Below, one piece after another: positions 56,091-63,684 of a DNA stretch of 64,000 nucleotides. Each line of letters begins with the position of its first letter. Within the stretch, counting starts at the first letter, position 1. The notes beneath the pieces were generated by a model. That model saw only the letters and a list, made by a program, of their open reading frames with translations. It was not told where the DNA came from and made no database searches. The DNA is from a virus (taxonomy: Duplodnaviria > Heunggongvirae > Uroviricota > Caudoviricetes), in the IMG/VR virus record IMGVR_UViG_3300046507_000426; one strand, written 5' to 3'. Both the position numbers and the translations under genes were made by a program.

Positions 56091-56348
56091 TCATTTAAAT
56101 CCCGTTATGTAAGGTGAAGGAATGCCTTTTTCATAGTAGTCACGTGCTGCACCGGAGTAGTACTCGATCTTACCACACAGAGAACATTTCAGACGATGCA
56201 GGTCAAGATCATTCAGGGCACTTTCCGTACGGTTGTATTCCCACTCTCCGCACTCTTCTCCGGTCCAGCTATCTTCCCAGGTTACATACCGATCCGGTAG
56301 TCTGATTATGTGATCGCAAGTCATTTCAAAACTCCTGCAATAATCCAC
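56091..56348 (-). CDS. Small Zn-finger protein (85 aa)
   Basis: C..H...C..C motifs. Confidence 0.35.
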   Translation of the reverse strand: MDYCRSFEMTCDHIIRLPDRYVTWEDSWTGEECGEWEYNRTESALNDLDLHRLKCSLCGKIEYYSGAARDYYEKGIPSPYITGFK

Positions 56349-56527
56349 GAAATCATGGACAGAATAGAAGCAGGTACGAATGCGAACAGATTAGTAAGTC
56401 CAGAAAGAAAACCATGACCGTCATCGAAAGGCCAGAATAAAGCCCAGCTGAAACTAAGAATAGTTATCAACGTAGGAATCATCCACCATTGAAAATGAAT
56501 AGTGATAGTCATAACTGCTTTTCCCAT
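56321..56527 (-). CDS. Small membrane protein (68 aa)
   Basis: Two hydrophobic helices. Confidence 0.3.
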   Translation of the reverse strand: MGKAVMTITIHFQWWMIPTLITILSFSWALFWPFDDGHGFLSGLTNLFAFVPASILSMISWIIAGVLK

Positions 56528-57516
56528 TCTTCAAATACACGTTTAACATGAGCTTCGACTTGTTCTGAAGTCATCGACTCAATTCTCTTCAGAAACGCTT
56601 CCCGGTCGTTGCCTCGGTAGTCCGCCATAAATCCGCCAAGCTCTTTACCTTGTAACCCTGTCCAGAGGCCGACGAATTCACCGTTGAACTTCTTCTTGAC
56701 TTTTTCGACTCTGAAGTAATCAAACGTGGCGTGGATAAATTCCATTGCGACGTCTGGACGTTCTTTTGCGGCGATAAGAAATCCATGATCCCTCGGCATA
56801 CGTTCGGACGGAAGATTCTTGTCTTTCATCCATTCCAGAAAATCCATATACGTCTTGCGTTTCTTATCCCGTACACGGCCAACAGCGTTTCGATTCTCTA
56901 GTTGGTAATTCCACGTAGTGAAGAATTTGCTTTTACAGGTGAAAACAAAAATGTCTTCGAGGTTACGAAAACCAGCGTTGTACTCAAACATGCTGTAGCC
57001 CAGAAGATGAAGAGCCACAGCGAAGTCTTTCGTAATGCAAATTTCTTTGACAAGTTGAGTATCTACAATGTATTTATACCACAGACCATCGTGGCCGAAC
57101 TTAAGTCCAACGCCATGAGCAGTCTGGCCGATAAGATTGCCTAAATCGTTATAGGCAAAGTACTTCAAAGCGAAGTCGAAATCTTCGTCAGGCACGGTGA
57201 TGAAGTCGATTTGAAAAATAGCCCGTTTCATCAACAGGGCTGTGATTTCCAAACCGAACGATAAGACGTTACCGTTCTGATGATATTCAGGAGAAACTAA
57301 AGCCTTCTCCACAAACTCCCGAAGCTTATCCATCGGGATGCCTGAAATCAGAATGTCCAAATCTCCAAAGCTTTCCTTTTCTTCATATGCAGGAATAACT
57401 GCAACCTTAGCATCGGGAAAAGCCTGTTTCAAAACATCAGAAGTCCCAGCAGCTACGTGTTCATAGTACTTTTTTTCTAATCTGACTGTTTGAAGTTTGA
57501 GTGCATTACCGCCCAT
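56509..57516 (-). CDS. Putative Pol-beta-superfamily nucleotidyltransferase
   Basis: 335 aa; N-terminal MGGNALKL... with the acidic motif ESFGDLDILISG resembles the NTase active-site hG(G/S)...DhD pattern; helical C-terminal domain; function speculative. Confidence 0.3.
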   Translation of the reverse strand: MGGNALKLQTVRLEKKYYEHVAAGTSDVLKQAFPDAKVAVIPAYEEKESFGDLDILISGIPMDKLREFVEKALVSPEYHQNGNVLSFGLEITALLMKRAIFQIDFITVPDEDFDFALKYFAYNDLGNLIGQTAHGVGLKFGHDGLWYKYIVDTQLVKEICITKDFAVALHLLGYSMFEYNAGFRNLEDIFVFTCKSKFFTTWNYQLENRNAVGRVRDKKRKTYMDFLEWMKDKNLPSERMPRDHGFLIAAKERPDVAMEFIHATFDYFRVEKVKKKFNGEFVGLWTGLQGKELGGFMADYRGNDREAFLKRIESMTSEQVEAHVKRVFEEWEKQL

Positions 57517-57523
57517 GACTACC

Positions 57524-57757
57524 TCACTTGATAACTTTTAAAAGTAACAATACGATTCCGTACATAACGGCGATACCTGCGATAATAGGCAAAGCCACCA
57601 CCCATGCTACTGAAATTATCAATGCAATTGCGATTGGGAAAATCAGAGCTTCTCTATCTTCAAACATAGGCCATTTCAACTTGTGAATCTTTACAATTCC
57701 GGCAGTCAATCCTAGCCAAATGAAAAAAGCTATGGTGAAATATAGGGGTTCATTCAC
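57524..57757 (-). CDS. Small membrane protein (77 aa)
   Basis: Hydrophobic. Confidence 0.3.
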   Translation of the reverse strand: MNEPLYFTIAFFIWLGLTAGIVKIHKLKWPMFEDREALIFPIAIALIISVAWVVALPIIAGIAVMYGIVLLLLKVIK

Positions 57758-57758
57758 T

Positions 57759-58502
57759 TTAATTCTCCGCTAGAGTTTTCTTCGCTTTCTCAAGCACGTC
57801 AATTACTTTGTCAATGTCAAACTTATCTTCAGTCCGAACTCCAGATTCCATGTCGATCCAGAAGAACCCTTCTGTTTCGTCACGATGCATCTGAAGCAAA
57901 TTGAACAAAGTCTGTTCTACGTTTTCCGGATTGATTCCGCCTGCGTAGCCAACCGCCAACCTACTCGCAAACGGTTCAGGTGCGTCTGGCCAACCGCCAG
58001 TTTCAAGATAAGAAGTACCGCGTCCACCAGAAGCATCAAGCAGGATTTTGATATCGTTAGGAACTTCATCTTCGAACATCCCATTTAGTAACACGTCTGT
58101 CGACGAGTTGTATTGTAGAATAACGTCACAGCTCTCACCTCGCTCTTTAGCGAATGTGAAAATTTGGCTCTTGTTTTCTTCAGTAAGCTTATTGAACTGA
58201 ATTGCATTAAAGCCCATCGTTACTTCGTTTTCAAAGTAATCGTATGAGGCTAAAAATGTGTCTACTGATTTGCCGCACAGGTGTGCAGAAATCGAATAGA
58301 AATTACCACGGTGATACGTTGCTCCATAAAACTGCTCTCTCCATTGAGCAGTCGGATAACGCGGTTGGCCTTCTCGTGATTTTGAAAACAGAATACCCCA
58401 TTCTACAGATAGGACATCAGAATACTCTCGACCGATTTCATCGAGAATTTCTGGATTAACTTCATCGTCTGCACCGGTAATTGTTACGCCAACCTCAATC
58501 AT
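57759..58502 (-). CDS. TIM-barrel protein resembling phosphoribosylanthranilate isomerase (TrpF-like)
   Basis: ILLDASGGRGTSYLETGGW...LAVGYAGGINPENV...IDMESGVRT resembles TrpF blocks; from memory. Confidence 0.3.
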   Translation of the reverse strand: MIEVGVTITGADDEVNPEILDEIGREYSDVLSVEWGILFSKSREGQPRYPTAQWREQFYGATYHRGNFYSISAHLCGKSVDTFLASYDYFENEVTMGFNAIQFNKLTEENKSQIFTFAKERGESCDVILQYNSSTDVLLNGMFEDEVPNDIKILLDASGGRGTSYLETGGWPDAPEPFASRLAVGYAGGINPENVEQTLFNLLQMHRDETEGFFWIDMESGVRTEDKFDIDKVIDVLEKAKKTLAEN

Positions 58503-58505
58503 TTC

Positions 58506-59009
58506 TTATTCCTTTTCTGGGATTGATGATACTGCTAGTTGATCTACCGCTTCGTTCCAGGTATTGCCTGAATGACCCTTTACCCACTTCCACTTCAAAT
58601 TACTAAACTGATTAACTGTGGAGTCAAGTCGTTCCCACAAGTCTCTATTTTTAACTGGCTTTTTATTTGAACCAATCCAGCCTTTTGCTTTCCAACCTTT
58701 GATCCACTCAGTAATGCCTTGTAAAACGTATTTCGAATCAGTTACTACTGTGATGTCTAAATCCGGTTTATGATTTAGATTGTATAGACCGCTTATTACT
58801 GCCATAAGCTCCATACGATTATTAGTAGTATCTTCTTCTCCCCCACTACCCCGTGCTGTTTCTGAATACAACTTAAGAGTCTTTGAAGGATTTAACGGAT
58901 CCATAATAGCAGGTGCAATACCTTCAACTACTCTGATCCAACCCCACCCGCCAGGTCCAGGATTACCTGAACAAGCCCCATCCGTATAAATAGTTACTTG
59001 TTCAGTCAT
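58506..59009 (-). CDS. rnhA: Ribonuclease HI
   Basis: 167 aa; VTIYTDGACSGNPGPGGWG followed by a typical RNase H fold. Confidence 0.8.
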   Translation of the reverse strand: MTEQVTIYTDGACSGNPGPGGWGWIRVVEGIAPAIMDPLNPSKTLKLYSETARGSGGEEDTTNNRMELMAVISGLYNLNHKPDLDITVVTDSKYVLQGITEWIKGWKAKGWIGSNKKPVKNRDLWERLDSTVNQFSNLKWKWVKGHSGNTWNEAVDQLAVSSIPEKE

Positions 59010-59010
59010 A

Positions 59011-60714
59011 TTACGCTCTCATCTTCATCAACATATCATTCACAGCTTGCTGCGTAATGCCAGGCTTCACTTCTTTTACCTGACCCCAGTTAAAACCAAT
59101 TTCACCTTCCACGCCAATCGGAAGGTCCAGCCAATCGAAATGCTCTACGGGCCATTCGTTCATGTAATAGAACGCTGTCTCGATCACTTCTGCTGCACGT
59201 TCAATCGGTACTTCGAATTCTACCGAATCATACACGGTACAGATACTCTTACAACGTGGATCGATCTTTTGAATCGCCTGGTCCAAATGTGCAAACGTTA
59301 CAAGACCAAGCGTAGACGTTGCACTTTGAATACGAACGTTTTGTGCATTGCGCAGCGATGCGTTATATGCTGCGGTACGCTTGAACGCAGGCTGAGCAAC
59401 ATACTCGTGCTTGTACTGACCAAACGGAGTCCATACTTTCTGGTTCAACAGTGCCATCTGATGCGATTCTTCAATGTAGTCTTTAACGCCGGGATAAGCG
59501 TTGAAGTACATATTGACCAGTCGCTCTGCCTCACTCTTTTCTAACTGCAACTGCATTGCAATACCATTCACTGACGAGCCATATAAAATTGAAAAAGTTA
59601 AAACTTTTGCAACTTGTCGCATACGCTTGTACTCTTTCTTCAGAGGATGCGAATCATCTTCCAGGATATGGATATAGTCTTCGTACGGCACACCCATCAT
59701 CGCACTTGCCGAAAATGAATGGAAATCCAAACCTTCAGCAATTGCACGAAGCATATTCTTGTCTTTACAGATAGCTCCTAAGATTTTTACTTCTGCTGAC
59801 GAGAAATCAAAAGCGATGAACACATTACCGTTAGCAACAGTGTAGCACTCTCGGACATTATAACCATGCTTTGGACGGGGAAGCTGAGTTAAATTGGGTG
59901 AATCTGCGGTTATTCTAAAACTGCTAGTGCCAAACATGTTGTAACTAGGATGAATACGTCCATCCGTACGAACGAAATCTTCTACATACGTTTTAATAAA
60001 AGTATTATGGACGCTATTGATATCTTTTCGTTTAGCCATATCAGCTAAAAACTGTTTTTCAGGATCCGGGGCTGTATATTGATTAGCTAACGGATTCAAT
60101 CCAGCCAACGTCAAAAGCGCAGCACCATCAGTTGCGTCATCGCCAGACTTAGTCTTGAACGGTGCTTCAAGTCCTAGTTCACCATAAAGATACTGAGACA
60201 CTTCAACGCCAGAGTCTAGATTGATTCGCTTACCAATTGCACTGAAAATCTTCTCATCAAACTCTGCTACTTCCTGGACCATCTGCTGCGAGATTGCCCG
60301 GTTCCTAGCTATATCATAAAGCATCCCATTAATTTCGAGATTAATAATGAACTCATGACAAAGCATTTCCGTCTCTAGAACGGACTTGATAATACCAGGT
60401 GCTGTTATTTTCTTAGGTTGCCCATTTTTCTGAGGCATCAATAACTCTTGTGGCTTTACTAAAGCAGGCCACAATGCAGTAAGAACTTCTGAAGTTACTA
60501 TATTATCAATTCCTGCATACAACATCAAATCAGAATAGTTAAAGTCTTCATATGTACGGTAGATTTTCTTCTCTTCAGAAATCTCAACTACCGTCGGTTC
60601 TTTCTTCTTTCGAGCCTTTTTACTAGCCGGGGCTTCTACAGCTTTTTCGACAACCTTGTCTCCTAGTACTTCTGCGATAGGTTTTTTGGATTTAGGTACA
60701 ATACGTTTAATCAT
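59011..60714 (-). CDS. Family A DNA polymerase, polymerase domain (C-terminal part of split PolA)
   Basis: 567 aa; motif A-like FDFSSAEVKI, motif B RMRQVAKVLTFSILYGSS, motif C VYDSVEFEV. Confidence 0.75.
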   Translation of the reverse strand: MIKRIVPKSKKPIAEVLGDKVVEKAVEAPASKKARKKKEPTVVEISEEKKIYRTYEDFNYSDLMLYAGIDNIVTSEVLTALWPALVKPQELLMPQKNGQPKKITAPGIIKSVLETEMLCHEFIINLEINGMLYDIARNRAISQQMVQEVAEFDEKIFSAIGKRINLDSGVEVSQYLYGELGLEAPFKTKSGDDATDGAALLTLAGLNPLANQYTAPDPEKQFLADMAKRKDINSVHNTFIKTYVEDFVRTDGRIHPSYNMFGTSSFRITADSPNLTQLPRPKHGYNVRECYTVANGNVFIAFDFSSAEVKILGAICKDKNMLRAIAEGLDFHSFSASAMMGVPYEDYIHILEDDSHPLKKEYKRMRQVAKVLTFSILYGSSVNGIAMQLQLEKSEAERLVNMYFNAYPGVKDYIEESHQMALLNQKVWTPFGQYKHEYVAQPAFKRTAAYNASLRNAQNVRIQSATSTLGLVTFAHLDQAIQKIDPRCKSICTVYDSVEFEVPIERAAEVIETAFYYMNEWPVEHFDWLDLPIGVEGEIGFNWGQVKEVKPGITQQAVNDMLMKMRA

Positions 60715-61345
60715 ATTTCTTACGATAATTAATTGTGGATAAGGCTTTTTCTAAAGGCCAGTTATTTTTCAAACGAGTATGTAGAGTTGTAACTGAAATG
60801 CCTAATTTTTCAGCCCACTGTAATTGTGTCATGGTTTCGTTTTTGAAAGTGATAATTTTCGTAGAACGTCTGTTATTACTTTGTTCTTTATTATCGGACC
60901 ATTTACAATTAGCTTTACAATAATTCCCATTTACATCTATACGATCTATGGAAAGTCCCTCTGGCCTTTCTCCCATATCTTTTAGAAATGCTTCAAATGA
61001 TTTCCACCGTTCATCTACGGATATACCCCTTCCACCGTAGTTTGGATAATTATCTTGAGCCTCATCCGTACAGCGAGCCCACATACTTATCCAAGTTTTA
61101 TACGTCTTGGTTTTACTTAGTCCATGCGTCTGACTTCTGATAACAGTTAATTCTTTAGCCAAACAGCCACAAGAGTTACTATCTCCACCTCTAAGTGAAG
61201 CTCCTGATATAGATTTAATATTTCCACAACTGCATTTACAAATCCAAAAAGGCCGTTTAGAAACTCGTTCGACGTCTATACCTGTAACGGTTAACCTACC
61301 AAAGACTTTACTTGTTAAGTCGATGTATCTACTTTTCATCTTCAA
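60707..61345 (-). CDS. Free-standing homing endonuclease (HNH-type) splitting the DNA polymerase gene
   Basis: 212 aa; Cys-rich N-terminus, W...RC...YPNYGGRGISVDERW block common in phage homing endonucleases; sits exactly between the exo-domain and pol-domain ORFs. Confidence 0.45.
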   Translation of the reverse strand: MKMKSRYIDLTSKVFGRLTVTGIDVERVSKRPFWICKCSCGNIKSISGASLRGGDSNSCGCLAKELTVIRSQTHGLSKTKTYKTWISMWARCTDEAQDNYPNYGGRGISVDERWKSFEAFLKDMGERPEGLSIDRIDVNGNYCKANCKWSDNKEQSNNRRSTKIITFKNETMTQLQWAEKLGISVTTLHTRLKNNWPLEKALSTINYRKKYD

Positions 61346-62582
61346 CCTCGACTTCTCCTAATTCTTCCAAATCTTTTGTTTTGGTAAGTTTCGGAAGTAA
61401 GTCTTCATAGCCACCAAGCCCAGTCCAAGGCACAATATCCCATACAGCAGTCTTGAGCGAGTAAGTGTTTTGCGCTCCCGAATCTAGGCTATGTAGAAGA
61501 AGAAGAGTATCAAACGCAACATTCTTAACTCGGACTTTCGTTGTAAACCAAATATATAGTATGTCGAACTTCGCATTGTGCAAAACTTTAGGTCTGTCAC
61601 CTTCTAAAAATGGCTTCACCAATTCCCACGCTTCATCTCCGCTATAGAATGTATTTTCTCTATGCCACAGCGGTACAACTAAAGCTTTAACCAACTTATC
61701 AGCCGGATCTCTATATCCGAACTGAATACACAACAACTTTGCGTCAGGCGCTAGTCCATCGAACCCCGTAGTCTCAGTATCTACACTGACAATCGAATTC
61801 TCAGGAAGAGCCCAGAGGATGTCCATGTACTCTTTTACGTCCTCAATAGACTCTGCAACACGAATTCTGTTCTGCTTGTAAAACTCAATTGCTTCCAGTA
61901 GCGGAGCTGGCTTTAGATCACCCCTAGCCATCGCTGCTGCCTTCTTGAAGTCACGGAGGATCACTCCATATAACTCCTGTCCCCAGAAGGCTCCTGAAGC
62001 GTTTTGACGAATCATTGTCAATGCTCTGGGATGAATCGTAATCACGACATTGTCAACGTACTCACCCCTATTACCCGTATTACTGTGTTTCTTGTAACCC
62101 AACGCTTTAGTCACTGCAGTTGCCAGACTAATGATCACCTTAGGTTTACAGGATTCAATCTCCTGCCAAAGGTAAGGTCTACACTTCATCAGCGTTGTTG
62201 CTGTCGGAGCTTTACCATTTGGAAAATCTGCTTCTGTCGGAGGACACTTCAACAGATCTACCATGCGATATGTCAGGTTCCCGAACCCAGCTGCCTTACA
62301 CAGATGGAAGATGATGTCCTGCATCAGCTTTTCTTGCTGACCTTCAAACTTGTCCCACTTACCGTCCGGTGCTGCATGATCCTGGATGATAAGAATGTCT
62401 ACTTCTTTCTTGGCTAAAAAGACAGATTCGTATTGCTTGCACTTCAGCTTACAGACCTTCTCACAATACGTCGGGCTGATCTTACTGAAATCCTCTTTAA
62501 CATGAATAACTGCCTCTACTGTACTTGTAATCTTTGGTTTTGCATACAAGTCGTTTAGCGCCATGTCGGCGAGTTTTACCAC
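61329..62582 (-). CDS. N-terminal part of split family A DNA polymerase: UDG-like domain plus 3'-5' exonuclease domain
   Basis: 417 aa; Exo I SVDTETTG, Exo II/III HNAKFD; N-terminal about 250 aa with HP motif (VVITIHPRAL) reminiscent of family 4/5 UDG-like domains. Confidence 0.65.
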   Translation of the reverse strand: MVKLADMALNDLYAKPKITSTVEAVIHVKEDFSKISPTYCEKVCKLKCKQYESVFLAKKEVDILIIQDHAAPDGKWDKFEGQQEKLMQDIIFHLCKAAGFGNLTYRMVDLLKCPPTEADFPNGKAPTATTLMKCRPYLWQEIESCKPKVIISLATAVTKALGYKKHSNTGNRGEYVDNVVITIHPRALTMIRQNASGAFWGQELYGVILRDFKKAAAMARGDLKPAPLLEAIEFYKQNRIRVAESIEDVKEYMDILWALPENSIVSVDTETTGFDGLAPDAKLLCIQFGYRDPADKLVKALVVPLWHRENTFYSGDEAWELVKPFLEGDRPKVLHNAKFDILYIWFTTKVRVKNVAFDTLLLLHSLDSGAQNTYSLKTAVWDIVPWTGLGGYEDLLPKLTKTKDLEELGEVEVEDEK

Positions 62583-62638
62583 TGTGTTACCTCACTAAAA
62601 ACAATATTGTACCACCAAGCTATTTGCCCGGCAGTACG

Positions 62639-62647
62639 CTTATACCG
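62639..62647 (-). promoter_or_regulatory. TTGGTATAAG-type promoter (variant CGGTATAAG)
   Basis: Plus cttataccg. Confidence 0.35.
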
Positions 62648-62664
62648 CAATTGTTGCTACTAAT

Positions 62665-63504
62665 TTAGGCAACGTTGGCTTGATCGTGGAAGAGCCTGAA
62701 ACTACCATCGCTTACCGTCAACGACGTAAGCTTCGGAATGTTCGTGAGCCTCACGATCGCACTACGTTCTACTTCCCTGCTACCGCGATGCTTCTCCGGG
62801 ATACGATTCCAGGTTCCGTCATCGATCAGCATGATCTTCTTAACTTTACGGGTGAACGTGCCTTGACGGAACGACTCTGGGTACTCTGCAAAGTTGATGC
62901 CTTTCTCACGTAACATTTCAATTTTCTCAGCAGTGTTCTTCTTGTGAAGTTCACCATGAAAAAAGACACTGTGTGCAGCCATGCTTACGCTATTCTTTCT
63001 GGCGTCCCACTGCCTCCAGATAAAATAATCGTATGCCAGGTCCCAACGAGGATACTGATATACCCGAGCATCGAAGACTGGGCGTTCAGCAAACTTGTTT
63101 GGTAGAAAGCCCTGCAGGTACGAGTTAAAAATAACCGAACACTTTGCTGCATACACACTCAACCACTTCTGAACGCTACCATCAAACTCAAGAGGTTTCT
63201 CAGTATCGAGATTGAACCAGAAGAGGCTGATCTCATCGCTTTGATGATATGCGAGATCAGGATTCAAATCTCGAATCAGATCGTCGACCGTGCATTGGAA
63301 TGTCTGTGCCAGATCCTTGTCGTAAGGCTTGCTAAGGTTCTTTGTGAACGTGTGAAAAGCGTTGCCGTCGAAACGGATGACCGTGGGAAGACCAGGCATC
63401 AGTTTTTCACTGAAGTAGTTCTTCTCATATTTCTTATGCATGTCACCTAGCGCCTTGAAGTCTAGGTGACGGATTTGTTCGATAGTTTGTACGTTGTCGT
63501 TCAT
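62665..63504 (-). CDS. Thg1-like protein (tRNA-His guanylyltransferase family 3'-5' polymerase; tRNA 5'-end repair)
   Basis: 279 aa; VIRFDGNAFHTFTK (Thg1 VVRIDGRAFHNFTK), QSDEIS (QSDEYS), FDARVYQYP (FDGRVVLYP), YFIWRQWDARKNS (YLSWRQVDCHINN). Confidence 0.7.
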   Translation of the reverse strand: MNDNVQTIEQIRHLDFKALGDMHKKYEKNYFSEKLMPGLPTVIRFDGNAFHTFTKNLSKPYDKDLAQTFQCTVDDLIRDLNPDLAYHQSDEISLFWFNLDTEKPLEFDGSVQKWLSVYAAKCSVIFNSYLQGFLPNKFAERPVFDARVYQYPRWDLAYDYFIWRQWDARKNSVSMAAHSVFFHGELHKKNTAEKIEMLREKGINFAEYPESFRQGTFTRKVKKIMLIDDGTWNRIPEKHRGSREVERSAIVRLTNIPKLTSLTVSDGSFRLFHDQANVA

Positions 63505-63513
63505 TTCAATTGA

Positions 63514-63552
63514 CCAAAAAAAACCGGATGAAGATTGGGGATCAGCTTCCGG
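63514..63552 (-). terminator. Rho-independent terminator immediately upstream of the Thg1-like gene start
   Basis: Minus strand CCGGAAGCTGATCCCCAATCTTCATCCGGtttttttt. Confidence 0.6.
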
Positions 63553-63650
63553 TAAAAGACCAACTTGTCAAGGCCCTACGAAATCGTAAGCCCAATTCAA
63601 GGTAAGGGGAACTCTGCTGAAGGCGAAATCAACAGTTCTCTCCATACTTT
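63553..63650 (-). ncRNA. Short promoter-to-terminator transcription unit (about 100 nt): candidate small RNA or 25-codon micro-ORF
   Basis: TTGGTATAAG promoter at 63652-63660 and terminator at 63514-63552 bracket about 100 nt; contains ATG...TGA ORF MERTVDFAFSRVPLTLNWAYDFVGP. Confidence 0.3.
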
Positions 63651-63651
63651 A

Positions 63652-63660
63652 CTTATACCA
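63652..63660 (-). promoter_or_regulatory. TTGGTATAAG promoter
   Basis: Plus cttatacca. Confidence 0.45.
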
Positions 63661-63684
63661 AAAGAGGACCTGAATGATGACTTT

